A stretch of DNA of 64,000 nt, taken from assembly GCA_965223265.1 (NCBI GenBank), contig OZ244999.1, forward strand, positions 5,664,001 through 5,728,000, read 5' to 3'. This document shows positions 47,912 through 58,077 of the stretch, in pieces (positions within the stretch are counted from its first letter, which is position 1; each line of letters starts with the position of its first letter). A program made the translations under genes and the position numbers. Below the pieces are notes generated by a model. That model saw only the letters and a list, made by a program, of their open reading frames with translations, searched no databases and was not told where the DNA came from. Source of the stretch: Planctomycetota bacterium (GTDB lineage Bacteria > Planctomycetota > UBA8108 > SXIK01).

Positions 47912-47993
47912 ACCGCGCCGGCCTCAATTGAAGCGAGATGCGCCGACGGCGATCGGGTAGTTTAGAGCGTCTGGGTGTGAGGACCGCGGGCAG

Positions 47994-50900
47994 ATGGAAG
48001 CGGATCACGGCTGGAGTTTGACCATCAACATGAAGCGCACGACCAAGTTCTCGCGTGGCCGGCTCGACCTGGTCGCGCATCCGTTTACAACGATGATTCT
48101 GTGCGCGCTCAGCTGGTGCGTGGCTGAAGAATGGGCCTGTGCGAGTCCCGACGCAGCGAATAAGACCGCCGCACCGAAGCCGAGCGAAGGATCCACAAAG
48201 GAAGAGTCCGCCGACGACTCGCCGTACGGGTTCGACAAGAGACCACCCTGGACAACCTCGACCGTCGTCGGCAGTCCTGAACCACCGCTGCCGTACGAGC
48301 TCAAGAGGATTTTCCCCAAGCTAAAGTTCGCCAGCCCGATTTTCTACGCTCACGAGCCCGGAACCGACCGCTTAGTGGTGGCCGAACACGACGGCAAGAT
48401 CCACGCCTTCTCGACGAGTGACCCGGACATCGAGAAGGCTGACCTCTTCTTCCAGGGACAGGGTAACCTCTACGCCTTTTCGTTCCACCCGCGTTACAGC
48501 GACAACGGGCAGTTCTTCACGTTCAGCCCAACCGGCCCACCCCAGGAGCCAAAGGAAAAATCCGAGGAGGAGAAAGAACAGCCCGAAGAGAAGCCTGTGG
48601 AAAAGCGCAGCCGGGTATCACGCTGGCGCACCAACCTCGACCACCCGCGCGTCGCGATCCCTGAGGTTGAAGACGTCATCGTCGAGTGGCCTTCGGGAGG
48701 TCACAACGGCGGCGAAGCGATCATCGGTCCAGACGGATATCTCTACGTTGCCACGGGGGACGGGAGCAGTGATTCGGACACGCTCGATTCTGGTCAAGGG
48801 GTCGACGATTTGCTCTCGGTCATCATGCGGCTCGACGTCGAAAACCCTGACCCTGGCAAAGGCTACTCGGTGCCTCCGGACAACCCGTTCGTCGACATGC
48901 CCGATGCGCGGCCGGAGATTTGGGCCTTCGGCTTTCGTAACCCTTACCGCCTCAGTTTCGATGCAAAGACGGGAAGGCTCTACGTCGGCGACGTCGGCCA
49001 AGACCTGTGGGAGATGATCTGGGACGTCCAGCGCGGCGGCAACTACGGCTGGAGCGTTCAGGAAGGCACGCATCTCTTCCACCCCAACCGCGAGCGCGGG
49101 CCGGGGCCGATTCTGCCACCAGTTATTGAGCACCACCATACAGAGTGCCGCTCGATCACCGGCGGCTACGTCTATTACGGTGACAAATTCCCTGAGCTCC
49201 AAGGGGCGTATGTCTACGGCGACTACGAGTACGGCAAGATTTGGGCGCTGCGTTACGACGGCGATAGAGTGACGTGGCGCGCGGAGCTCACCGACACGCC
49301 CTACAAGTTGGCGTCGTTCGCGGTGACGCGCGACGGCGAGATCATCACGGCAGACTATGCCAGCGGCGAGCTCTATTCGCTCGAGCGATCAAGCGCGGAA
49401 AACCTCAGCCAACAGTTTCCGCGACAGCTCAGCGCAACCGGAATCTTCTCGTCGGTGACCGATCAGACGCCGGCGCCTGGGGTCCTCCCCTACTCGGTCA
49501 ACGCTCCCGGCTGGGCCGACGGTGCCCACGCTCAGCGCTTCGTTTGTCTTCCCGACGACTCCACCATCACCTTCAATGATAGTGACGCGCCGACGCCGTG
49601 GGGCTTCAAGGACGGCACGGTCACCGTGCAGACGCTTTCGCTCGACATGAAAGCGGGCGACCCACAGTCACGACGCCATATCGAGACACGCATCATCGTC
49701 AAGCAGCAGGAACACTGGGTCGGTTATACGTATCTTTGGAATGAAGAACAGACCGACGCCGCGCTCGTCGAGGCGCCGGGTACCGAACTGACTCTCACGG
49801 TCAAAGATGCCGCCGTATGCGGTGGCGAACGCCAGCAGATCTGGCGTGTGCCGAGCCGCAACGAGTGCATGTTCTGCCATTCGCGTGCATCCGGTTTTGT
49901 GCTCGGGCTCAACACCCATCAGCTCAACCGCACTCACAACTACGACGGCATCATCGACAACCAACTGCGCGCGCTCGGCCACGCTGGCGTTTTCGGCGGT
50001 CCGCTCGAGAAAAAGCCTGAAGAGTACAAAGCGTTCCCAAACCCGTACGACTCGGCGGCCGATCTTACCGAACGCGCACGTACGTACCTCGCCGTCAACT
50101 GCGGAATCTGTCATGTCACGGCGGGCGGTGGCAACGCCAAGATCGTTCTCAGCTACGGCGCCAAGCCCGAGGACACAAAACTCTTCGGCGACGCACCGCT
50201 TCACGATACGTTCGGCCTGGACGCGACGCAGCTAGTCTCCCCCGGGGCGCCCCACGCTTCAGCCCTGTTTTACCGTATGTCGACGGTCGGTCGCGGCCGC
50301 ATGCCGCGCGTCGGCTCGAGTGTGCCGGACGATCGAGCGTTGGCTTTGCTCGCAGAGTGGATCACGCAGCTCGACGCCAATGGCGCCGCGGCGGCAGCGG
50401 AGAGCAAAACGCCGTCGCTCGAGGAGGCCGAAGCGTCGGCACTCGCGGCACTGCGCAAAGCCGGTGCCACGAGCGGCGGCAGCGGTGCAGATGTAGCGCG
50501 CTCTGCGGTGACCCCAGCTGAGTCAGGCGCGATCAACACGCTTCTCGCATCGGAGCGTGGCGCACTTCTCTTGCAAAGGCACATGGTGGAAGAGCCCGCG
50601 ACTGCTGTTGTGCGCAGCGCCGCCGTTGCCGCGGCGCTGGCGCAGCCGAACCCGAACGTGCGCGACCTCTTTGAACGCTTCGTGCCGCCGAGCCAGCGGC
50701 TCGTGCGGCTCGGTAACGACATCGATCCGCAGTCGATTCTTGATCTCGACGGGGACGCGGCGCGCGGCCGCGCCCTCTTGGACTCCGGCGTCGGTAAGAC
50801 GTGTAAGACCTGTCACCGCGTCGAGGGGGTCGGAGGGCTCGTCGGTCCCGACCTGGCGGAAAGTGCCAGGAAGCCTGAAAACACGCGGGCCGAGCTGCTC

Positions 50901-51176
50901 ACGTCGATCCTACAACCGTCACGCAAGATCGACCCAAAGTACGCAGCGTTCGTCCTGGTCACGCTTCAGGGCGAGGTGGTGACGGGGCTGCTGGAGTCAA
51001 AAACCGACGCTGAAATCGTCCTGCGCGACGCCAAGGGCGAGCAGGTCCGCGTGCCGGCACCCGACGTCGCAGCATTCGACCCGCAGGACACCTCACTCAT
51101 GCCGGATATGCTGCTGCGCGACTGGACGGCTCAGCAGGCGGCAGACTTGCTCGCCTACCTGGCGAGCTTCAAGTAG
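47994..51176 (+). CDS. PQQ-dependent sugar dehydrogenase-like (GSDH) propeller fused to c-type cytochrome domains
   Basis: HNGG..GPDGYLY..GDG, PPDNPF...EIWAFGFRNPYR and GGNYGW motifs; three CxxCH (CMFCH, CGICH, CKTCH); GPDL...SLMP. Confidence 0.9.
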   Translation: MEADHGWSLTINMKRTTKFSRGRLDLVAHPFTTMILCALSWCVAEEWACASPDAANKTAAPKPSEGSTKEESADDSPYGFDKRPPWTTSTVVGSPEPPLPYELKRIFPKLKFASPIFYAHEPGTDRLVVAEHDGKIHAFSTSDPDIEKADLFFQGQGNLYAFSFHPRYSDNGQFFTFSPTGPPQEPKEKSEEEKEQPEEKPVEKRSRVSRWRTNLDHPRVAIPEVEDVIVEWPSGGHNGGEAIIGPDGYLYVATGDGSSDSDTLDSGQGVDDLLSVIMRLDVENPDPGKGYSVPPDNPFVDMPDARPEIWAFGFRNPYRLSFDAKTGRLYVGDVGQDLWEMIWDVQRGGNYGWSVQEGTHLFHPNRERGPGPILPPVIEHHHTECRSITGGYVYYGDKFPELQGAYVYGDYEYGKIWALRYDGDRVTWRAELTDTPYKLASFAVTRDGEIITADYASGELYSLERSSAENLSQQFPRQLSATGIFSSVTDQTPAPGVLPYSVNAPGWADGAHAQRFVCLPDDSTITFNDSDAPTPWGFKDGTVTVQTLSLDMKAGDPQSRRHIETRIIVKQQEHWVGYTYLWNEEQTDAALVEAPGTELTLTVKDAAVCGGERQQIWRVPSRNECMFCHSRASGFVLGLNTHQLNRTHNYDGIIDNQLRALGHAGVFGGPLEKKPEEYKAFPNPYDSAADLTERARTYLAVNCGICHVTAGGGNAKIVLSYGAKPEDTKLFGDAPLHDTFGLDATQLVSPGAPHASALFYRMSTVGRGRMPRVGSSVPDDRALALLAEWITQLDANGAAAAAESKTPSLEEAEASALAALRKAGATSGGSGADVARSAVTPAESGAINTLLASERGALLLQRHMVEEPATAVVRSAAVAAALAQPNPNVRDLFERFVPPSQRLVRLGNDIDPQSILDLDGDAARGRALLDSGVGKTCKTCHRVEGVGGLVGPDLAESARKPENTRAELLTSILQPSRKIDPKYAAFVLVTLQGEVVTGLLESKTDAEIVLRDAKGEQVRVPAPDVAAFDPQDTSLMPDMLLRDWTAQQAADLLAYLASFK

Positions 51177-51693
51177 TAGATTCCTCAAGGTAGAAAGCCG
51201 ATTCGGGGTGCCTGCTACTTTCATGTTCTTCCACCTCGGGCGTTCAGGGCTTGCCCACTGCGGAGAGAGCGAATCGCAGATCTCGCGGCCGAACGCAGAG
51301 TAGGCTTTCACCGATCTGACTTCCTCTGCGCTGTGCAACTCTGCGTCCTCCGCGGTGAGAATCTCTTCTCGGGACAGAGTTCGCGGAGTTTCGCAGAGTT
51401 CCCAATCAAAGAAACTTGCGGCTCTCGAGTAGTTCCTCTGCAGTGCTGACGTCTGAAACAAGACCAGATGGCGCCGAGTGCACGCGTACGGTTTCAGCGG
51501 TGCGAGTCCTTGGCAGTAGCGATGATGGGAAGGGGCCGACGTCGCCCGATAGAGGTCCAGACCGGCGATTCTGCTATAGGGCGCCATTCTTGGCTGTGGA
51601 GCCCGGCAAATTAGGCAACGTTCGCTTTTTCGAGTTGCCGGAGGAGACTCCCTGCGGTTGATCCAAGGCAGGGGAATCTTTCGGGAGGCTCTG

Positions 51694-52461
51694 GTGCGAA
51701 TACCCGTCATTCGAGGCCTGATTGACCGGCGAATCCTGGTCAACTACCGGGTAGAGGCTCGGGCAATCCAACGGTACCTTCCCCCTCCCTTCCGTCCGGC
51801 ATTGGTCAACGGTTGGGCAATCGGTGGAATCTGTCTGATTCGGCTTCGGAAGATTCGACCTCGGTTTGTTCCTGCCTTTGTCGGGCTGGCCTCCGAGAAT
51901 TCTGCGCACCGAATTGCCGTCGAATGGGCAGGTGACGACGGATTTCGCAAAGGGGTCTACATTCCGCGACGTGACACCTCGTCGCGGCTCAATTCCCTGG
52001 TTGGCGGCAGAGTGTTTCCAGGTGTTCACCACCATGCGGCCTTCACGGTGCAGGAGGAGAAGGATTCTTACTCCGTCCATTTGGAAAGCGACGACCGATC
52101 TACGCGGTTACTTGTAGAAGCTCGTGTCGCGGACACTCTGCCGTCTGACTCCGTCTTCAAATCTCTCGAAGAGGCTTCGAGTTTCTTCGAAGGTGGCTCT
52201 CTCGGCTTCTCGCCCAACCCGGATTGCTCTTGTTTTGATGGGCTCGAACTCCGAGCGTTCTCTTGGAGCGTTCAGCCCCTCACCGTTACAAACGTGGCAT
52301 CGAGCTTCTTCGAAGACGAGAGCCTATTCCCGGCAGGAACCGCTCGATTCGACAGCGCTCTCCTAATGCGCGGAATCCCTCACGAATGGCATGCGAGAGC
52401 ACCAATTCGCATCACCACCGACGTTGCGTCTCCGCCAAACCACCCGATTGACACTCCATAG
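51694..52461 (+). CDS. DUF2071-family protein
   Basis: RRILVNYRV...LPPPFRP, GICLIRL, SENSAHRIAVEW, GVYIPRRDTSS and GGRVFPGVHH motifs; GGAGG RBS with GTG start. Confidence 0.8.
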   Translation: MRIPVIRGLIDRRILVNYRVEARAIQRYLPPPFRPALVNGWAIGGICLIRLRKIRPRFVPAFVGLASENSAHRIAVEWAGDDGFRKGVYIPRRDTSSRLNSLVGGRVFPGVHHHAAFTVQEEKDSYSVHLESDDRSTRLLVEARVADTLPSDSVFKSLEEASSFFEGGSLGFSPNPDCSCFDGLELRAFSWSVQPLTVTNVASSFFEDESLFPAGTARFDSALLMRGIPHEWHARAPIRITTDVASPPNHPIDTP

Positions 52462-52614
52462 CACCGTCGCCAGTTCGCGTCACGCGCGACAGAACGCCCT
52501 GAACCCCGTCCAATTACCCTGAGTAAAATGTGTCATTGACACCGCTGAGCAGCGAAAACGACCTTGTTTCGTGATGAGGCGCCTGTGCCACTTGCATAAA
52601 CGTGAAGTGGACAA

Positions 52615-52645
52615 GTACGGATATCTGAGCTCAGGATATCCGTAC
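52615..52645. terminator. Hairpin between convergent genes
   Basis: GTACGGATATC...GATATCCGTAC 11-bp stem; no U-tract. Confidence 0.4.
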
Positions 52646-52707
52646 GCATGATTGTCAGACCCCAAGATCGTTCGTCACACAGTTGCTCTTCCTGGGGCTG
52701 AGAACAC

Positions 52708-53811
52708 TCAGCGCTGCGATTCCGACGCCCCTGCGCCTCGCACAAGTGAACGCGTGCCCGCGTTCTCGTCGCCATCGCACTCCCTCATTCCCCGCAGCAC
52801 ATGCTGGTGCAGCGTGCGCACGACACGCTCCTCGATGGGGCGCCAGACAAACTCTGGTGACAGCAGCCGCTGGTAGCGTGTCAAGAGCGTCACGCGAGTG
52901 CGTTTGCCGCTCAGCGGCGTGAACTCGAACCTGCCGTCGAGCAGGCGGACGTCGCGCTCGAAATGTAGCTGCTGATCGATGACCTCGAAGGCCAGTCGAC
53001 GCCCCGGATTGACCTCGGAGATGCGCTTGGTGAGATGGCCACGCTCATAGACGCAGCGAACGACGCTGCCAGCTTCCATCTTGGTGCCGATCACGTATCG
53101 CGGCCGCGGCAGAGCTAACTTCAGGAGAAATGGCGGCTCGTGCGTCACTTCTTCGTAGAACACCGCTCGCTTCCATGCGGCTTCAGGCTCGACGTCGAAC
53201 ACCGTGCTCGTCGCTACCGTGACGATCGCCTCCGAAGGCGGGAAGAGGCGTTCCACCGCGAGCGTCAGGTAGGGCAGCGTCAAAAAGAAAAACACCGGCA
53301 AAAACACCCGCTGGCTCCACTCACTCCCTTTGAGCCAGACGCGGAGCCCCGCGCCAAGACCCAGGCCGATCGCCGCTGGCGCTAGCAAAATCGCGCCGCC
53401 GACCATAGCGCAAAAAACTCCTCCGATGTTCGCCGAGACGAGCACCAGGAGAATTGCGCCAATGGCGATGAGAAGTGCCATGATCTTGAACCAGATGCGA
53501 ACGCGCGAGAGGTAACCGATCAAGGCGCCGATGCTGATCGGTAGGGCGACGAAAAGCGCCGTTCCCATTGTCTCCGACGCGGCGATCAGCGCATAGCTGA
53601 TGGAACCAGAGACGACCGCAAGGATCAGCCCAGGCATGAGGAGAACCCACACCATGCGGAATCGTTCGGTGGTGTAGGTTGCGGCGTCGGTAGGGTCGAA
53701 TGGCAAACCGCACGTCGAACAGCGGGCACTACCGCGGACGAGTGACTCCTGGCAGCGAAGGCAAAAGATCTTCTGCGTCTCCGGGGAATCGCGGTCGATG
53801 AGTTCGTCCAT
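52708..53811 (-). CDS. Membrane protein with N-terminal Zn-ribbon and C-terminal SRPBCC domain
   Basis: CLRC...CSTC; 5-6 TM helices with EG..C-like GGVFC; RRLAFEV...GRFEF...TRVTLLTRY...LHQHVL. Confidence 0.8.
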   Translation of the reverse strand: MDELIDRDSPETQKIFCLRCQESLVRGSARCSTCGLPFDPTDAATYTTERFRMVWVLLMPGLILAVVSGSISYALIAASETMGTALFVALPISIGALIGYLSRVRIWFKIMALLIAIGAILLVLVSANIGGVFCAMVGGAILLAPAAIGLGLGAGLRVWLKGSEWSQRVFLPVFFFLTLPYLTLAVERLFPPSEAIVTVATSTVFDVEPEAAWKRAVFYEEVTHEPPFLLKLALPRPRYVIGTKMEAGSVVRCVYERGHLTKRISEVNPGRRLAFEVIDQQLHFERDVRLLDGRFEFTPLSGKRTRVTLLTRYQRLLSPEFVWRPIEERVVRTLHQHVLRGMRECDGDENAGTRSLVRGAGASESQR

Positions 53812-53972
53812 TCATCACCCCCAGCTCGACATTCGGGCTCAGCTGAGCGCTTGGGCTCAGTGCGTCCAGCACGGCCACCGGCGAAAGCGTTCTCCACCTC
53901 GTCTGCTGATCGATCATCCGCGCCGCGGCGCTGCCGATTCACACGAAATCTGAAGTCTTCTAGACGACCTGA

Positions 53973-55535
53973 CTATTGCGCCGCGGCATCGACGTCCCGG
54001 CGAGGGAAGATCAGCCCCAGAAGCGCACCAACAAGGACGATGAAAATCATGCCGAAGACTGCGATCAACAGGTCGTTAAAAGGCGACATCGGGATCGAAG
54101 GGTCCTCTGGAACCTTGCCCAGCAAGTCCGGGAGTGCCTTGTACGCCTTTGGAATCGTGAGCCAAGCGATGAACATGGTGCCGAGAATCACCGCCAACAC
54201 GGCCGCTGCGTTGCCTGCACGCCTCGCCACCATACCGAGCAAGAAGATCCCGATCATGCCACCCGTGAAGATTCCGGAGAGAATCCACCAGGCGTCGAGG
54301 GCGCTCTTCGGTTCAGCCCTGACGAAGTAGACCGCCATGGCGGTACCGAGAACGCCGATGATGATCGTCGCGCCATAGAGAACCATCATTGAACGTCCCT
54401 CACCGGCGCTCGGATTGATATAGCGTTTGTAGTGGTCGGTGAGGATGAGGGTTGCCGAAGAATTGAGACTCGTTGAGATCGTGCTCATGGCCGCTGCGAA
54501 GACGGCTGCGATCAGCAGGCCGCGGACACCCGTCGGCAACTCCGTCAGGATAAAGTAGGGGAAGACGCGGTCAGACTTCGCCGCGATCTCAGGAGGCAGC
54601 GGGTTCTGCTGGTAGTAGACGTAGAGCGCAGTGCCAATGAGAAAAAAGACCGCCGACAGCGGCAAGAACGTCAAGCCGCCGATCCATAGACTCTTTCGCG
54701 CCTCGCTGTCTGACTTCGAGGCAACGTAGCGCTGGACATAGTTTTGATCGATGCCAAAGTTGTTCAAGTTGATCGCGATGCCGTAAAGGAGCGTCACCCA
54801 AAACGTCGTCTCGGCAACGTTGGTCAACCCGAGTTCCCACGAGCCGAGAGAGAACTTTCCATCAGTGCTGACGATTCGCGTGAACTCGCTCATCCCACCC
54901 GGCGTGTCGAAGAGCATGAGAGCCAAGCAAATCAACGCGCCGACCATCAAGATGATGCACTGAATGGCATCGGTCCAGATCACAGCAACGATTCCACCGA
55001 TGAACGTGTAGAGCGTCGTGGTCACGCCAAGGACAAGAACTATGTAGAGCCCGTCCACATCGAGAAGCGCCTGCAGCGGCAGCGCCATGAGGTACATGAC
55101 GACGGCGATGCGCACAAGCTGCATGGCGAGGTAGAGCGAGCCGACGTAGAAGCGAGCCCAGGGACCGAAGCGCTTCTCGAGGTGGCTGTACGCTGAGACT
55201 TCCGTGCCGCGGCGATAGTACGGCAAGAAATAGCGCACGGCGATCCAAGTCGCGATCGGGATCGACAGGCTGAAGACGAAAGGATTCCAGTTGCCGCCGA
55301 ACGACTTGCCCGGGTTCGCGAAGAAGCTGATGCTGCTGACGTACGTGGCAAGGATAGAAAATCCGACGACCCAGCCCGGGAGCGAGCGTCCAGCGGCGGT
55401 GAAGCCATCGACCGAGCGGCTCTTACGCCAAAAATAAACGCCTGTTGCCAGCACAACGATGAAGTAGACGGCAACGATCACCGTGTCGACAGTGTTGAGC
55501 TCGGCGGTCTTCGGTGTCGCGTCGGGCGCCTGCAT
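53973..55535 (-). CDS. Sodium:solute symporter (SSS family)
   Basis: AGRSLPGW..GFSILATYVSS, GGIVAVIWTDAIQ, DQNYVQRY and AAAMSTISTSLNS motifs; GAGGA RBS at ATG 55535. Confidence 0.95.
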   Translation of the reverse strand: MQAPDATPKTAELNTVDTVIVAVYFIVVLATGVYFWRKSRSVDGFTAAGRSLPGWVVGFSILATYVSSISFFANPGKSFGGNWNPFVFSLSIPIATWIAVRYFLPYYRRGTEVSAYSHLEKRFGPWARFYVGSLYLAMQLVRIAVVMYLMALPLQALLDVDGLYIVLVLGVTTTLYTFIGGIVAVIWTDAIQCIILMVGALICLALMLFDTPGGMSEFTRIVSTDGKFSLGSWELGLTNVAETTFWVTLLYGIAINLNNFGIDQNYVQRYVASKSDSEARKSLWIGGLTFLPLSAVFFLIGTALYVYYQQNPLPPEIAAKSDRVFPYFILTELPTGVRGLLIAAVFAAAMSTISTSLNSSATLILTDHYKRYINPSAGEGRSMMVLYGATIIIGVLGTAMAVYFVRAEPKSALDAWWILSGIFTGGMIGIFLLGMVARRAGNAAAVLAVILGTMFIAWLTIPKAYKALPDLLGKVPEDPSIPMSPFNDLLIAVFGMIFIVLVGALLGLIFPRRDVDAAAQ

Positions 55536-56089
55536 GCGGTGGGTTCCTCGGCGAGCGAACGATACGATGGGGCGAGGACGCAGCGGACCGCCGTCGCTCG
55601 CTGGCAGCCGCCACGTGAGAAGATGCGCCAGAAGATCTTCACCAGGAAGGCGACTACGATAGGAGATTTGATGAGCGAAAGCAAGGGAGGCGGAAGCTCC
55701 CGGACCGGCGCGCAGGCTGTTGCCGGTTTCAGCAGTCGCTAAGCATCGGCGATGAGCTCGACACGCATGGGTGGCGTCGCCAGCAAAGACACGAGCGCGC
55801 GCACCAACAAGAATCGTCGGTGCACCGCGGCCTCCAGTAGCTGCACGATTCACCTCGACCATACCCTTCCCCCCAGCCGCGACACGATCGCACCGCGTCC
55901 GGAGTGATGTAGCCTCCGCGAGCGCAGCCAAGGGCGCACACAAGAGTGCCGAGAAGAACCAGTGCGAATGGGAACCTGCTCAACCGAACGTTCATGCTCT
56001 TCTCCCAGCCTGAGTTGCGGAAAGACCGACCCAGAGTGAGACGAGCGCGGCGCAGAGCTTATTCAGTGGTGCTCGGATTCAACAGGCTG

Positions 56090-57721
56090 TCAATCCTGAG
56101 CCTGCGGCCGCCGCCTCTCCACCCACGGCTCGGCCTTGCCGCGCGCCGGGTTCTCGCGCGCCCACTCCGGCTCGGGAAACCAGCGCAGGCGGCTGTAGCG
56201 CGGATAGGTCTCGAAGACGTCGCCGCCGTCGCCATCGACGACGCGCGGATCCACGGTAGCGCGCAGGTGGGCGAGCAATCTTTCGCTGAGCTGCTGGCGC
56301 GTCGCCCCGTGCGCCGGATCGTCGGCGAGGTTGTCAATGCAGCCAGGGTCTTTGACGATGTCGTAAAGCTCTTCGGCGGGACGTTTGGCCACCGCGAGCT
56401 CCAGGTACCTCCCAAGAGCAGGATCGTCTGCGTGTTCGATGAGAAACGTCAGCGTCGGGCAGCGGTCAATGTCGTGATAGCCGCCATGCTCTGGACCCAA
56501 CTGCGCGCGTGCGACCACGTCGCCGGGGGCGTACATGCCGGTGCCGAACTTGCGCGGCGCACCGGCCGGCCAGCGCTCAGGGCGAAAGTTGCGAATGTAG
56601 AGATAGCGGCGCGTGCGAATGCAGCGCTGTGGATAGCCGAGCGTGTTGTAGCGCGATGACGAGTGGCGCTCCCGACCAGAAAAAACCGCGTCGCGATCGG
56701 CATCGACGATCCCCTGCCGCGTCGAGGTCAACGTGCCGAGAAAACTCCGCCCTGCGAGCGGATAACGCGTTGGCGGCGCGACTCCAGTCGCAGCATAGAT
56801 CGTCGCGGTGACGTCGATGAGACTGACGAGGTCGTTGACGACGCGTCCGCCGGGGATCTTCGCGCCCCAAGCGATTGCCAGCGGCATGTGGATGCCATAC
56901 TCGTAGACGTTCGCTTTGGCGCGCGGAAACGCCATGCCGTTATCGCTCGTCACGATGATGATGGTGTTTTCCAGTTCGTCCAACTCCACGAGGACATCGA
57001 GCATGCGACCGAGGTGCTCGTCGAACCACTGGATCTCGTAGCAATAGTCGAGGAAGTCGTCGCGCACTTCTGGCGTGTCGGGCAAGAACGAAGGCACTTC
57101 CACGTCGTCCGGATCGAGTCCGTGCTCGCGCCCGATGCCCTTCTTGAAGAAGCGGTGCGGCTCCGAGGCGCCGTACCAGAAGCTGAACGGCTGCCCCTTC
57201 GGGCGTGCAGCGAGGAAGCGCTCAAAATTGGCGGCATAGTCGTTGTCCTTGATGCCCGCCGGAGCCTCAAGGCGCGCGCCCGAAAACTCGATGCCGGCTG
57301 GATTCCGCCGGCGGCCGCTCGCTCGCCAGTTGCCAGGCCCCCACCCCTTGCCCGTGTAGCCAACGAAGTACCCCGCCCGCTCGAGTCGATCCTGAAACCC
57401 CTCGTACTTGGAAGCGAAGGAACTGGCGTGCGTCCCGGCGTGTTCGATCTGCCAAATGTTGCGCCCGGTGAGGAACGCGGCGCGCATCGGACTGCACCCC
57501 GGTGCCGGCGTGAACGCGTTGCGGAAAAGAACACCGCGAGAGGCAACGCGATCAAACGCGGGCGTGCGCACGGCCCCGAAGCCGTATGCCGCTGCATGCG
57601 GGTACGACTGGTCGTCGGAGATGGCGATGAGGACGTTGGGACGCGCGGTTGCGGTCGCCTGCGGTGCGGCGACCGCGCAAAGAAGCGCTAGCGATTGCAG
57701 CGAAAGAGTTCGAAAGGGCAC
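56090..57721 (-). CDS. Sulfatase (Cys-type FGly, heparan N-sulfatase-like)
   Basis: RPNVLIAISDD, CSPMRAAFLTG, GYTGKG, EPHR and TSDNG..FPRAK motifs; signal peptide. Confidence 0.95.
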   Translation of the reverse strand: MPFRTLSLQSLALLCAVAAPQATATARPNVLIAISDDQSYPHAAAYGFGAVRTPAFDRVASRGVLFRNAFTPAPGCSPMRAAFLTGRNIWQIEHAGTHASSFASKYEGFQDRLERAGYFVGYTGKGWGPGNWRASGRRRNPAGIEFSGARLEAPAGIKDNDYAANFERFLAARPKGQPFSFWYGASEPHRFFKKGIGREHGLDPDDVEVPSFLPDTPEVRDDFLDYCYEIQWFDEHLGRMLDVLVELDELENTIIIVTSDNGMAFPRAKANVYEYGIHMPLAIAWGAKIPGGRVVNDLVSLIDVTATIYAATGVAPPTRYPLAGRSFLGTLTSTRQGIVDADRDAVFSGRERHSSSRYNTLGYPQRCIRTRRYLYIRNFRPERWPAGAPRKFGTGMYAPGDVVARAQLGPEHGGYHDIDRCPTLTFLIEHADDPALGRYLELAVAKRPAEELYDIVKDPGCIDNLADDPAHGATRQQLSERLLAHLRATVDPRVVDGDGGDVFETYPRYSRLRWFPEPEWARENPARGKAEPWVERRRPQAQD

Positions 57722-58077
57722 GGCAAAGCCTCAGGAGTAGCTAAGATTGGTTCGGCATGGGGAATCCCGCAGTGGTCATTACATGACGACGCACCGGGAG
57801 GCCGCGGACAAGGAGGTAGATCGTAACTGCACGCCCGGTCGCCGTCGAGTTGGCAAATGGCCTACGCGCATCGACGTCGCATGAAGGAGTCTTCCTTCGA
57901 CGGTTTCTGGAAAGCTGGACCCGCCGTCCCAACTCCCACCGCGCGGCACCAGTGAACGTCCTGGCGAGCGCTCGATGTCACCAGGAGAGGAGGTATGATC
58001 CCCTTTGGAGTGCAACCTCGAAGAGACCGCTGAGGAGGGACGGCATGCGACCATAACAAGATGCGCTTGGGAGTGAC

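Noticed and set aside
55536-56659. Long N-terminal extension of the SSS ORF and the 55946..56659 + strand ORF
   Set aside because: The extension is not protein-like and there is a good RBS at 55535. The + strand ORF is antisense to the sulfatase, as is typical in high-GC DNA.
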